From a virus (Duplodnaviria; Caudoviricetes), in IMG/VR virus record IMGVR_UViG_3300029305_004606, positions 96,001 through 160,000 of that record: a DNA stretch of 64,000 bases; one strand, written 5' to 3'. The notes under the pieces are model-generated. The model was not told the DNA's origin, searched no databases, and worked only from the letters and a program-made list of their open reading frames with translations. Shown piece after piece: positions 44,693 to 55,446 of this stretch (its first letter is position 1; every line of letters begins with the position of its first letter). Made by a program: the position numbers and the translations under genes.

Positions 44693-47600
44693 ATGGCTAC
44701 AACTAATTCAAAGTCAAAAACTTATCTCAAAAATGTGGGAAAATCTTTTGGTTATGCTGCTATGGATGTATTCGAGCATTATAATCCTACCCTCACAAAT
44801 TTGTATAAGAGTAGTAAAGATGCTGTAACTGAAGCTAAACGTCTCTCTAGAGAAGCAAAGATGCAATTGCAGCAGGCTGAAGTTGACTCAGATAAGGGTG
44901 GTATGTCCTATATATTGGAAGATCTTGCTAGTGGTAAATGGTATAATAAAGAACGTCAAACTGAAGATGAAAGATACCTTAGCACGATCGCTAAAGAAGA
45001 AGATTGGGGAGATGACACTACGGCTTCTGCTGTAGCAGATACTGCCAGGGATGTAATGAAGCAAAACGAAGCAAGTACCAGAAAAATTTCTGATTCACTT
45101 GGTGGAGCTGCTCAGAGCATTTCAACATCTATTGGATATGCATCTGCACAATCTGCAGATTACATAGTGAAATCTTTTGGTGCTCAATCTAGAGCATTAT
45201 ATGGTCTTACAGCTAACGGGTTTGATAGAGTAACAAATGTGTTACTTAGTATAAATAATAGTATTGATGGGATTGCTAGTATGGGTGAAGGATTAAATGC
45301 TCATATGAAGAACTCTTCTATTTTTTATATTAATGCTACGCAGAGTTTGAATAGAATTGATACTAATATTGAAAAACTTGTTAAGATGCAGGAAGCTGCT
45401 AATAGATCTCCTAGAGGTATTAGTAGAAAAAATGTAAAAGGTATGGAAAACCTTATTGATTCTGATGGTAATATTGATCTTGTTGCTTACATGAAAATGG
45501 TAAAAGACAATATGGATCAGTATAAGACATTAGCTGAAGCTTTAAAAGATAAAAAGGAAGATTGGATCGGTAATAGAAAAGGTGGAAACATGCTTTCCAA
45601 TACTGTTGTTTCTGTTGTAGATGCAATGATTCCTAAAATGACTAAAGAAGCTATGAAGATAATGAACGAAACTCTCAGAGATGGTTTGATTGCCGGATTA
45701 GCCCGAGGTGGTATGAAAGCTAGAAGAAGTAACAATCCTGTTGCTAATCTTTTAGGCGAAATGTTCTTACCCAAGGATGGTTACAAGGATAAGCTTGATA
45801 CTTCCAATTATGAAAAAGGTCAGGTTGCTTGGGATGGTATTGCTAGAAAATCTTTAGTGGAAGTTATCCCTACATATTTGGCTAAAATTTACGCTGCTTT
45901 AGGTGGTGAAGAAAAGTACTTTGATTACGAAACAGGAAAGTTTGTAAAACTTGAACAAATAAAAGCTGATCATGAATATGACAAGAGAGTATCTGCTGTT
46001 AGAGCTGGAGGAAAAATGAGAACTGATATCCTTGCAGATATCAGGAAGAATGCACCGGCTCAAAGACAAGCTCAGTTAGAAAATGAAGTTGAAAGTTTCT
46101 TTTTACAAGCTTTTGTTGATGGATATGATTTTGTAGAAATTGCTCATATGATAAATGATGCTAATTTTAGAAGAAAGTATGGTATTACCAGAGAATCTGC
46201 TAAATATATCATTGATTATGTTGGAGCAAAAGATGCTACAAAAGCAAGAAGAGCTACAGGATTTGTAGCAGGTGTTGCTAGAGGAAGAAATGAATTTGGT
46301 AATACTATGAGAAGAAGAGAAGCTGCAGGTACATCTAATCTTGTATATGCTTCACATGGATTTGATGGAGGTCCTGCTGGAAATGCTATCAATCAATTTG
46401 CAACAATGACAGATAGTTTCGGCAAGACTCAGGCTTATTATCTTCGTGGTATTTATATGATGACTGGTAATATCTACGGAGCACTTCAGGGACAAGTTGG
46501 AGGTTCTTATAGAGTAAGACCTGATAGAAGAGCAACTGCTTCTACCTACTTTAATCCTGATACTGGTAGATATTCTAGAAGAAGACCTAGAATGACTGGT
46601 GGAGAAAGATCTAATATGGATAATCGCCAGCAAAGACAGGCTGCTTCTACAACAACTAGAAATCGTAATATAAGTATTGAAGATAGAGCAAAATATTATG
46701 GAATGTCAGATGATCAGATTCTTGAAGCAAAGAGAAGAGAAGAAATGGTCAAGAGAGCTCAACAGGCTTTTAATGGTCAGGAATTCACTCCTATTCAGGG
46801 AACAAGTGAAGATGGTCAGCCTAGAGTTAGATCAAGATTTGGTTCAGCTCTTGCTAAAGTAAAAGATTGGTATCAAGCTCCATTTGCTGCTATGACAGAT
46901 ATGATCAATAGCTTTACTCTCGGAATAAACAACATGTTCTGGGGAACAAAAGAGCGAAAAGGTCTTATTGATAAAATTTCTGATTATATGAAATCTCTTT
47001 GGACAAAAGTCTTTGGAGATGAAAATGGTCAGGGTGGAATTGGTATGCAGGCTGCCATGAAAGAAGAGTGGACAAAAATTAAGACTAAGGTTAAAGATAA
47101 AGCTCGAAATTTCATGGGTAATGTTGGTGCTAGAGACCGTGCTGCTGGACAAAGAGAAATTGCTCAAGCAGTGGCAAATCAATTTTCAGGTACTCAAGAA
47201 GTACCTGCTCATGCCCGGGGTCGTAGAATAACGAAGACTGGTCTTATTGCTGTATCTGAAGGTGAATTAGTAATTCCTTCCGAATTTAATCCATATTATC
47301 ATGGTAGAACTAACAAGAGACAGCAGATTAGAAATGAGCAGAGAATAATCAATAAATTCTATGGTGGATTTGCTACAGGTGGTACTGTCGGTGGAGCGTA
47401 TACTGATGGACAATTTGTAGAAGATGTAGATCCAATTACAGGAGAAAAAATATACAAATTTGTTAAACCTGATGGAACTGTAATTAGACTTAAGAAATCC
47501 GAATATGCCAAAAGATTAGCACAATGGAAGATTAAGCAAACTACTCAGGCTATTGATGATAATACTGGGGCAATTACAGCTGCAAAAGATGGTGTAAATC

Positions 47601-50600
47601 TTTTAGGTTCAGGATTAATGGATTTCATTAAAGCTTCTTTATTTGGTACTGATAAACAGCAGGAAGAAGATAAGAAGAAGATTAATATGAAAATGACTGA
47701 TATCTTTAAAGAGATGGGTCATGAAAAAGGAGCTATGGGTATTGGAGCTATCGGCGGACTTGGTGTATCTTTGTTAACTGGTGCTGTTGTGGGTCCTTTA
47801 GCTGGTGCTGCTTTAGGTGCTGGTGTTGGATTATTAGCAAAATCTGAAAAAGTTCAGAAGATGCTCTTTGGTGAAGTTGATGAAAATGGTAATTATGAAA
47901 AAGAATTTGGAAACTTTGTAATGAAGAAACTTCCTAATATTGGTGTAACTGCTGGACTTGGTTTGGCAGGTGGAGCTCTATTAGGATCTCCAATTATTGG
48001 ATTAATTGCTGGTTCTGCTATTGGATTTGCTGGACAATCTGATGCTGTTAAAGATAGACTGTTTGGTAAACTTGATGAAAATGGTGAAAGAAGTAAGGGT
48101 GGTTTAATTAATAAGGAACTGCGTGACAAAATTAAGAAAGCTGCTCCCAATATTGCTGCTGGCGGAATTGCTGGTTTATTAGTTGGACCTTTTGGTTTAG
48201 CTGGCAATTTGATTGTTGGTTCTGCCATTGGATATTTGTCAACTGGAGAAAAATTCCATCAGTATTTCTTTGGTGATGGAAAAGATGACAAAGGTCTTGC
48301 AGGAATTATTCATGAAAAGATTATTAAAGGTCTTGATGATTTAATTCATAATACTGGAAATGCTCTTAAAGGATGGATGAGAAAGACTGGAGCTAAAGTT
48401 GGTAGTAAAATTATGAGCTTTATTAGTAAAGCTCAGAATAAATATGAAACCGGTAAAGCTTCTGGATTAACTAAAGCTATAGGTTGGGCTGCAAGTGTGC
48501 CAGGTAAAGCTCTTAAAGGTGCAACTAATAAAGTTGGAGACCTTGTACAGGGATTAGCTGGTCATAGAAGAGCTAGAAACTTAGCTGAAGGTTATGATGT
48601 TTGGAATGCTGAAGCTGGTAGAAATGCTACTGCTGCTGAAAGATTAGGAATGAGATCTGATGATGATATTTCATCTGCAGCAAATATGGATAGAGCTATT
48701 GCTGGAGCAGACGCTGAACAACTTGCTCAGCTTAAGAATATGCTTACTGACCTTAGAGATCCTAAACTTGCTTTCCAAAAAGTAAAGGACAAATCTACAG
48801 CTACATTGTATTCTGAATTAATGGATGCAGGTATTACAGATAAGAAGCTTATTAAGAAAATTATCAAAGAAGCTGGATCCACAAATAGTACGATTAGATT
48901 GGAAGATTTGATAACAGGATATTCTGAAGATCAACAGAAAGCTATTAGAAAAGCATTTAATAAATCTGATAAAGAAATACAGGCAGCTAAAGATACTAAA
49001 ACTGTTACTAAAGGTAATCTTGCATTACTTAAAGATAAGTTTGGTATTAACTTAGAGGGAAGTTCTAATGCTGATATTGTAAATTATTTGAAAGCTATCG
49101 AGCATGATGAAAAAATACGATTCGGTGAAGATGGATCAGATTTAAATGCTAAAGAAGAAAAATATCAGGATAATGTAGTAACATTGTTAACTGATATGAA
49201 TAATAATATCTCTTTATTTACTGAATATATTACAGGTAAGCGTAATGCTGCAGGTAGATTTGATGGTAATATTGACAAAGAAGGTAATGCTCATTTCTGG
49301 GTACATGGTGACAGAGCAGTATCTGCTGAAGAAGCTATTGCTGGAGCAAGAGGTCAGAGAGATATTATGGAATTTGGTAGAGATACCAAGAATGCTATTG
49401 CCGAAACAACTACAAAAGTTATTGATACTGTAACTGAACCTATTAAAGATGCAGTTGTAGGTACATTTGACTTTGTAAAAGAAAAAGTTGTTACTCCTTT
49501 GTCTGATACTGTAAAAGCTGTAGCTCATACTGCTCAAGATTTATATGGTATCGGTATAAGAGGATTTAATGCTGCAAATCCTGATATTGATACTAGCAAT
49601 TATTATGGACCTACATCTGGAATTGATGTTGTAAATACTGCTCAGAGAACAGCTACAAGAGCTAGTTATCTTGGAGGAAGACTCAAGAGAGGAGCAGGTG
49701 ATGTAATAAAAGCTATTAGAGGCAAAGCTGAAGGTGGCACTATTTCTGGAGATAATACTTTCTTAGATATGCTTGCTGATAAAGTAATCGAAAAAGTTGG
49801 TGGAATCGGAGATTATCTCAAAGGTAAAATGGAATCTGCCAAAGAAAAAATCACTACACATGTTGATGCTTTTGGTAACGTTCATAAGATGACTACTAAT
49901 AATCAGGGCGAAACTGTAGCTGCTACAAATGATTCTACAACAAAGAAATCTAAAGCTGCTATGGATAAGTTTATGAATTCTGTAAACTCTATTCCTGGTA
50001 TGGCTACTGCTATGTCCGGACTATCAAGTATGTTTGGTGGTTTAAAAGACAAACTTCTTGGTGGAGATGAAGAAAAAGGACCTGGATTACTAGAACAACT
50101 TGTAAATGGTTTATTTGATGATACAGACGGATTTATTCCAAATATAATTAATCTTATAACCGGTGGTCAAGGTGGTGGTAAATTTGGTGGTATTACTTTA
50201 AAAAGTATATTTACAAATTTAATTGGACCTGGATTATTAGCAGCTGGATTTGCAGGAGTTTTTGATAATGCTTTTAAGGCTGCAACTGGTGGTGCTTATG
50301 GTAAAAAAGATAATGAAGAGTATTACGATAAAGAAACTGGTCAAGTTGTACAAAAAACTGCTGATGGACAATATACTGATGCTAATGGTAATATTGTATC
50401 TGGAAATATAGGTGTTAGACAGAACGATGTTGCTAGTTTTAGTGACAAATTGAAAGAAAATACAGCTAGAGGTGTTTTAACAAATACTTCTTCTGTTGCA
50501 AGTAAAGTTCTTGGAAATACTAATATTGGAAAGACTATAAGTGCTGCTGGTAGAACAGTTGTTAAAGCTGTTGGTGGAGATGCTGCTGCTATGGCAAGTA

Positions 50601-53600
50601 TTACAGATACTATATTAGATGCTTGTATTAAATTTACAAGTATGCTTGGCAAAATTCCTGCATTAAAAGGTATTGCTGGTAAGATTGATGATATGGGTCT
50701 CGAACTTGCTGAAAAGATTTCAACTAAACTTGCATCATCTGGAGCAAAATCATTACTTAGTAATGCTGCTAATTTTGTTGTATGGGCTAAAATTGCATTT
50801 ATTGTAGTAGACTTTACAACAGGTTATGAGGATGCTAGAACTACACTTGGTATTATAGATGAACCTACAGTTCCTCAGAAAATTATTGCAGGTTTATTAC
50901 GTGCATTAAAGAATTTAATTCCTGTAGTTGGTTCGTTAATTCCTGATAGTTTAGTAATAGATGTATTCTGTAAGTATATTGCTCCATTCTTTGGTATTGA
51001 ACCTGAAGGTTTAATGAAACAGAGAGAAGAAGCAGAAGCAAAAGTTGCAGAGTATAATGCTGCTAACGGTACAAACTATTCTGTAGGTGAGTATAATAAG
51101 GCTGTATTGCATGATTATACTTGGACAGAAAGAATCGGAAATGCTGCAAAATCTACTGTAAACGATGTTAAAGATAAATGGAATGCTGGTGTAACTGCTA
51201 TTAAAGAAAAAGGTTTAGGAGGAGCTATCAAAGATGGAATCTCTAATAACGTTGATATCTTTAAAGAAGCATTCAAAGGTAAAGATGGAGGTCTTGCTGG
51301 AGTTACTTCTGGTATAGGTGCTGTATTAGGAAATCTTTTACCTGGTGTCTTTGGAGAAGTTGCACAAAAGAACACTGAAATTCAAGCTCTTGCTTATAAG
51401 GGTGAGATTGGTGAAATGTGGAAAGTTGCTTTAAGTGACTTCAGTAAAGGTAGTGATGAGGAAGCAAATGTTGGTATATTTAGTAAAATTATCGGACAGA
51501 TTCCTTTATTATTTACCAAGATTAATATGACACCTTTAGCTTTAATCAATAAGGTTATTAGACCTATTATGGATAAAGCTGGAGATGCTTTTAAGGGTAT
51601 CATCGAAGGTGGAAAATATATTGCTACTCTTCCTGCTACTGTAGCTGCTGACACTAAAGCACTTGTATACAGTAAAGAAGATACAGATTTGAAGGATTTC
51701 TTCAATGTATCTAAGTATGAACAGCAAGGTGAAAATGGTTTCTATAATGGTATTATTAAGGCGGTCGCAATGACTAGCCGTGTAGCAAGTTTAGGAACTA
51801 TGATAGTTGGTGCTGTAGGTAAGAGAATTGGAAAAGCTTTTGTTGAAATTAAGGATAAAGTAGTAAACATGGGCAAGGCATTTATTAGCCTTGATACAGG
51901 TATTACAAGGAAAGCGTTAGAAGGTGACGTATCTAACATGTTCTCCTATGTATCTTCTTCTACTTCAGAAGATGCCAATAATCCTCTTGGATTTATTGGT
52001 AAAGTATATGGATATACTACTGCAGCCTTAAGAACTCCTCTTGCTTTAGTTTCTAAGGCAGGTAAAGCTATTGGTAAATTCTTAGTTGAAACAAAAGATA
52101 AAGTTATTACCATGGGTCAAGCTTTTGTAGCATTAGACTCTGGTATCACTAGAAATGCTTTAGCAGGTGATATTGGTGGTATGTTTAACCATGTATCTTC
52201 TTCTACTTCAGAGGATGCCAATAATCCTCTTGGATTCGTTGGTAAGGTGTATGGCTATGTAAATGCTGCTATGAAAACTCCTCTTGCTTTAGTTTCTAAG
52301 GCAGGTAAAGCTATTGGTGGATGGTTGACAAGTGTCAAAGATAAAGTAGTTACTGCTTTCTCTACTATGGCTACGATGGATCAAAGTATTACTGCAAAAG
52401 CTACAGCAGGTGATATAACTGGAATGTTTGACTATGTAGCTGGAGCTACATCAGAAGATGCCGAAAATCCTCTTGGATTTGTAGGTAAAGTATACGGTTA
52501 TGTAAACGCTGCTGGTAAAGTTCCTCTTGCTTTATTATCTAAAGCAGGTCAAGCTATCGGTGGATGGTTTGGTGAAAAAGTAGATGCGTTTAAGACAGAC
52601 GTTGGAACATTAGATTCTGCAAAAGAAGCTCTCAAGGGTATGAGTCAAGATAAATCTAGTTCTATTGGAGATATCATGGGCTATACAACAGAGTTTAGTG
52701 ATAATAATGTATTCAAGGGAATTTTTAACGCTATTTTCGGATTCCAAAAGATTTTCTATAGTGCTGCTAAACTTCTCGGAAATGTATTTGATGCAATCAG
52801 TGGAGTTGTAGATGGTATTAAAGATAAAGTCGGTGGAGTTGTAGATGCTGTTACTGAGAAAGTGTCTGGTGTTAAAGATGCTGTAGTTGAGAAAGTAGAA
52901 GATGTAAAAGAAGGAGCTAAGAAAGTTGTTAATAATGTTAAAGAAGGTGCCAAGAAAGCAGGAGAAACTGTCAAAGGATGGGGAGAAGCTGCTTGGGATG
53001 GTTTAACAGGATGGATAACTGGATCTGGTTCTGGATTTGTTTCTCAATATGATCCTAGATATCAGAATTATAAAGTATCTGGACAGAACTTTGCTGCTAA
53101 GGGTTGCGGTCCTGCTGTAGCTGCTATGGCTGGTAGAGCTCTTGGTAAGAATATTTCTGTTAATGATGCTGTAAATGGTTCTATTGGATATCAGAATGGT
53201 AACGGTGTATCTATTGATTACTTCCAGCAAATGCTTGGTTCTAAGGGAATCAATACTAGATATATTAGTGGTGGTTCTTCTGCTGATTTATATAACTCTA
53301 TTGCTAGTGGTGAGAAGGTTGTATTACTTGGTAGAGATCCTTATAATACTTCTAAAGAATATTCTCCTTTTGGACCTAACAATCATTATGTATTAGCTAC
53401 TGGTATCGATAGAAGAGGAAATGTTATTATTAACGATCCCGAAGCTAGAGGACCTAGAGCTTATAATCCTGCTATTTTGAATTCTGCTAAGTTTGGTGTA
53501 GCTGGTTCTAATAGTGGAATTGGAAGAAGAAGTTCTATTAGAAGATCCTCTAAAGTAAGAAATATTTTCTCAGGCGGATCTTCATATGATACAGAAATTG

Positions 53601-55369
53601 CTAAGCAAGTTTGGGCATTCTTTATTAATAAGGGATACTCTCCTGAATGTACTGCTGGTATTATGGGTAACATGTATGCTGAATCTGCAATGAATCCTAA
53701 AGCTATTCAAAACAATGGCAAAGGACCTGCTGCAGGTATTTGTCAGTGGGAAAACTATAATACTCAGTCTGGTAGATGGAGAAATCTTTACGAATATGCT
53801 AAAGGTAATAATAAAGCTTGGACAGATCTCGATATACAGTTAAGATTTATTCACCATGAGTTACAGTCCAAGGATATTGATAATAGATTATCTGGTAAAA
53901 CTGCATCTAGCAATATTACTAAGACTGGTCTTAATATCAGTAAAGCTATGCCTTATGCACAGTGGAAAGTATGTACAGATATTCCTACTGCTTGTTGCTT
54001 GTTCGAAGCTGCTTTTGAGCGTGCTGGAGTTGTAGCAATGGAGAAGAGAATAAATGCTGCTACTGCTTACTACAATTTATATTCTGGAAAGAGTTATAGT
54101 TATGATGGGTCTATCGGATCTGCTTCTTATACAAGTGATCCTAGTACATCTAGCTCTGATTCTTCTAATAATCCTGGATTATTCAGTAATATCTGGAATG
54201 TTGTTGGAGATATAGGAACTGCATTTTCTAATGCATTCGGAAAAGTCTTCAATAAGAATGATAAATCTGATAATCAGGAAAGACAAGTATATGGTAATAA
54301 TAGTACTGGTTCTAGTAAAGCATTAATAGCTACAGGAACTGCTCCTACAGGAGATATGGCAAATAACTTCCCTTACTTTGGTCAAGGTGAAGCTCCTTGG
54401 GCTACTGAATCTTATGGACAAGGAACTATTAAGTCATCTGGATGTGGTCCTACATCTATGGCTATGGTTGCTAAATCATATGGAATCAACACTGATCCTG
54501 ACAGATTAGCAGATTGGTCTGTAGATAATGGACATAGAATTCCTAATCAAGGTACAAGTTGGGCATTCTTCCCAGCTGCAGCTAAAGAATTAGGATTAAC
54601 GGCTGATCAATTCTCTTCTCCTGCAAAAGCTAAAGAATATCTGAATAATGGAGTACCTATAATCGGATCTATGATGCCTGGTGATTTTACCAAAGGTGGT
54701 CATTATATTGTATTCAGTGGCTTAAAGGGTGATAGAGTATATGTTAACGACCCTGCTTCTAGAAAGAGAACTGGTAATGTTTGGAATGTAGATTCTGCAT
54801 TTAGTCAGGCTAAACAGTTCTGGGCTATTTCTAATAATGGTGTAGGTTCTATTGATAATTCTAAATTATCTGCTGCAGGTTCAGGCTTAGTAAGCTATGA
54901 AGACCTTGCAAATATGTCTGGTGGTTCTTCTGGTATATTAATGAAAGCTAGACCTGGTTCTAGAAATAATATGCCTGCAAGATTATCTAACGGAAGATTA
55001 GTTCCTGTATCTAGTTTCTCTGGTGGAGCTACCACAGATGTAATGACTACTCAAACACAAGCAATGCTTACTAATATTAGTAAGAATGCAAGTAAATCTA
55101 ATAGTGGTATAAGTCCTGAACTTGTAACTAAGTTGCTCACTTCTATTACTCAGATCTTGCAGAATATTGCTAATAATACTGCTCCTGTAGGTAAGATTTA
55201 CCAGGCACTTCTGGCTTATGTACAGGCTGGTGGAGATTCAGGTATCAAGAATGATACTCCAACTCCTATCAAAGTCGATAAGACTAAGAATAACCAAACA
55301 CCTGAACCTGAGATCGATTCAAGTATCGCAAATCTTGTAGGTGTTCTTGCAGAACTTGCAAAGGGTTAA
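44693..55369 (+). CDS. Tape measure protein with C-terminal C39-like peptidase / phage tail lysozyme / C39-like peptidase domains
   Basis: 3558 aa, Ala/Gly/Lys-rich; HARG..VSEGELVIP motif; Gly-zipper hydrophobic stretches; GCGP..HYV..NDP twice; AGIMGNMYAES..GICQW (Phage_lysozyme2-like). Confidence 0.85.
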   Translation: MATTNSKSKTYLKNVGKSFGYAAMDVFEHYNPTLTNLYKSSKDAVTEAKRLSREAKMQLQQAEVDSDKGGMSYILEDLASGKWYNKERQTEDERYLSTIAKEEDWGDDTTASAVADTARDVMKQNEASTRKISDSLGGAAQSISTSIGYASAQSADYIVKSFGAQSRALYGLTANGFDRVTNVLLSINNSIDGIASMGEGLNAHMKNSSIFYINATQSLNRIDTNIEKLVKMQEAANRSPRGISRKNVKGMENLIDSDGNIDLVAYMKMVKDNMDQYKTLAEALKDKKEDWIGNRKGGNMLSNTVVSVVDAMIPKMTKEAMKIMNETLRDGLIAGLARGGMKARRSNNPVANLLGEMFLPKDGYKDKLDTSNYEKGQVAWDGIARKSLVEVIPTYLAKIYAALGGEEKYFDYETGKFVKLEQIKADHEYDKRVSAVRAGGKMRTDILADIRKNAPAQRQAQLENEVESFFLQAFVDGYDFVEIAHMINDANFRRKYGITRESAKYIIDYVGAKDATKARRATGFVAGVARGRNEFGNTMRRREAAGTSNLVYASHGFDGGPAGNAINQFATMTDSFGKTQAYYLRGIYMMTGNIYGALQGQVGGSYRVRPDRRATASTYFNPDTGRYSRRRPRMTGGERSNMDNRQQRQAASTTTRNRNISIEDRAKYYGMSDDQILEAKRREEMVKRAQQAFNGQEFTPIQGTSEDGQPRVRSRFGSALAKVKDWYQAPFAAMTDMINSFTLGINNMFWGTKERKGLIDKISDYMKSLWTKVFGDENGQGGIGMQAAMKEEWTKIKTKVKDKARNFMGNVGARDRAAGQREIAQAVANQFSGTQEVPAHARGRRITKTGLIAVSEGELVIPSEFNPYYHGRTNKRQQIRNEQRIINKFYGGFATGGTVGGAYTDGQFVEDVDPITGEKIYKFVKPDGTVIRLKKSEYAKRLAQWKIKQTTQAIDDNTGAITAAKDGVNLLGSGLMDFIKASLFGTDKQQEEDKKKINMKMTDIFKEMGHEKGAMGIGAIGGLGVSLLTGAVVGPLAGAALGAGVGLLAKSEKVQKMLFGEVDENGNYEKEFGNFVMKKLPNIGVTAGLGLAGGALLGSPIIGLIAGSAIGFAGQSDAVKDRLFGKLDENGERSKGGLINKELRDKIKKAAPNIAAGGIAGLLVGPFGLAGNLIVGSAIGYLSTGEKFHQYFFGDGKDDKGLAGIIHEKIIKGLDDLIHNTGNALKGWMRKTGAKVGSKIMSFISKAQNKYETGKASGLTKAIGWAASVPGKALKGATNKVGDLVQGLAGHRRARNLAEGYDVWNAEAGRNATAAERLGMRSDDDISSAANMDRAIAGADAEQLAQLKNMLTDLRDPKLAFQKVKDKSTATLYSELMDAGITDKKLIKKIIKEAGSTNSTIRLEDLITGYSEDQQKAIRKAFNKSDKEIQAAKDTKTVTKGNLALLKDKFGINLEGSSNADIVNYLKAIEHDEKIRFGEDGSDLNAKEEKYQDNVVTLLTDMNNNISLFTEYITGKRNAAGRFDGNIDKEGNAHFWVHGDRAVSAEEAIAGARGQRDIMEFGRDTKNAIAETTTKVIDTVTEPIKDAVVGTFDFVKEKVVTPLSDTVKAVAHTAQDLYGIGIRGFNAANPDIDTSNYYGPTSGIDVVNTAQRTATRASYLGGRLKRGAGDVIKAIRGKAEGGTISGDNTFLDMLADKVIEKVGGIGDYLKGKMESAKEKITTHVDAFGNVHKMTTNNQGETVAATNDSTTKKSKAAMDKFMNSVNSIPGMATAMSGLSSMFGGLKDKLLGGDEEKGPGLLEQLVNGLFDDTDGFIPNIINLITGGQGGGKFGGITLKSIFTNLIGPGLLAAGFAGVFDNAFKAATGGAYGKKDNEEYYDKETGQVVQKTADGQYTDANGNIVSGNIGVRQNDVASFSDKLKENTARGVLTNTSSVASKVLGNTNIGKTISAAGRTVVKAVGGDAAAMASITDTILDACIKFTSMLGKIPALKGIAGKIDDMGLELAEKISTKLASSGAKSLLSNAANFVVWAKIAFIVVDFTTGYEDARTTLGIIDEPTVPQKIIAGLLRALKNLIPVVGSLIPDSLVIDVFCKYIAPFFGIEPEGLMKQREEAEAKVAEYNAANGTNYSVGEYNKAVLHDYTWTERIGNAAKSTVNDVKDKWNAGVTAIKEKGLGGAIKDGISNNVDIFKEAFKGKDGGLAGVTSGIGAVLGNLLPGVFGEVAQKNTEIQALAYKGEIGEMWKVALSDFSKGSDEEANVGIFSKIIGQIPLLFTKINMTPLALINKVIRPIMDKAGDAFKGIIEGGKYIATLPATVAADTKALVYSKEDTDLKDFFNVSKYEQQGENGFYNGIIKAVAMTSRVASLGTMIVGAVGKRIGKAFVEIKDKVVNMGKAFISLDTGITRKALEGDVSNMFSYVSSSTSEDANNPLGFIGKVYGYTTAALRTPLALVSKAGKAIGKFLVETKDKVITMGQAFVALDSGITRNALAGDIGGMFNHVSSSTSEDANNPLGFVGKVYGYVNAAMKTPLALVSKAGKAIGGWLTSVKDKVVTAFSTMATMDQSITAKATAGDITGMFDYVAGATSEDAENPLGFVGKVYGYVNAAGKVPLALLSKAGQAIGGWFGEKVDAFKTDVGTLDSAKEALKGMSQDKSSSIGDIMGYTTEFSDNNVFKGIFNAIFGFQKIFYSAAKLLGNVFDAISGVVDGIKDKVGGVVDAVTEKVSGVKDAVVEKVEDVKEGAKKVVNNVKEGAKKAGETVKGWGEAAWDGLTGWITGSGSGFVSQYDPRYQNYKVSGQNFAAKGCGPAVAAMAGRALGKNISVNDAVNGSIGYQNGNGVSIDYFQQMLGSKGINTRYISGGSSADLYNSIASGEKVVLLGRDPYNTSKEYSPFGPNNHYVLATGIDRRGNVIINDPEARGPRAYNPAILNSAKFGVAGSNSGIGRRSSIRRSSKVRNIFSGGSSYDTEIAKQVWAFFINKGYSPECTAGIMGNMYAESAMNPKAIQNNGKGPAAGICQWENYNTQSGRWRNLYEYAKGNNKAWTDLDIQLRFIHHELQSKDIDNRLSGKTASSNITKTGLNISKAMPYAQWKVCTDIPTACCLFEAAFERAGVVAMEKRINAATAYYNLYSGKSYSYDGSIGSASYTSDPSTSSSDSSNNPGLFSNIWNVVGDIGTAFSNAFGKVFNKNDKSDNQERQVYGNNSTGSSKALIATGTAPTGDMANNFPYFGQGEAPWATESYGQGTIKSSGCGPTSMAMVAKSYGINTDPDRLADWSVDNGHRIPNQGTSWAFFPAAAKELGLTADQFSSPAKAKEYLNNGVPIIGSMMPGDFTKGGHYIVFSGLKGDRVYVNDPASRKRTGNVWNVDSAFSQAKQFWAISNNGVGSIDNSKLSAAGSGLVSYEDLANMSGGSSGILMKARPGSRNNMPARLSNGRLVPVSSFSGGATTDVMTTQTQAMLTNISKNASKSNSGISPELVTKLLTSITQILQNIANNTAPVGKIYQALLAYVQAGGDSGIKNDTPTPIKVDKTKNNQTPEPEIDSSIANLVGVLAELAKG
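51851..52579 (+). repeat. Three tandem 243-nt (81-aa) repeats in the tape measure gene
   Basis: KDKV...TSEDA.NPLGF.GKVYGY...PLAL.SKAG.AIG starts at 51851, 52094 and 52337. Confidence 0.85.
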
Positions 55370-55377
55370 AATACAAG

Positions 55378-55413
55378 TAAGTTGGAGATAGTGTAACAAC
55401 TATCTCCAACTTA
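55378..55413. other. Intergenic stem-loop overlapping a late-type promoter (AACT-TATGAA-TAAA, 55408-55421)
   Basis: TAAGTTGGAGATAG/CTATCTCCAACTTA 14-bp inverted repeat. Confidence 0.6.
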
Positions 55414-55446
55414 TGAATAAAAATAAAGAGAAAGGTGGAACAAGTT

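Noticed and set aside
51851-52579. Tape measure repeats as a DGR template/variable pair or mobile element
   Set aside because: In-frame tandem repeats with mostly synonymous or conservative differences, no adenine-specific pattern and no reverse transcriptase in the window
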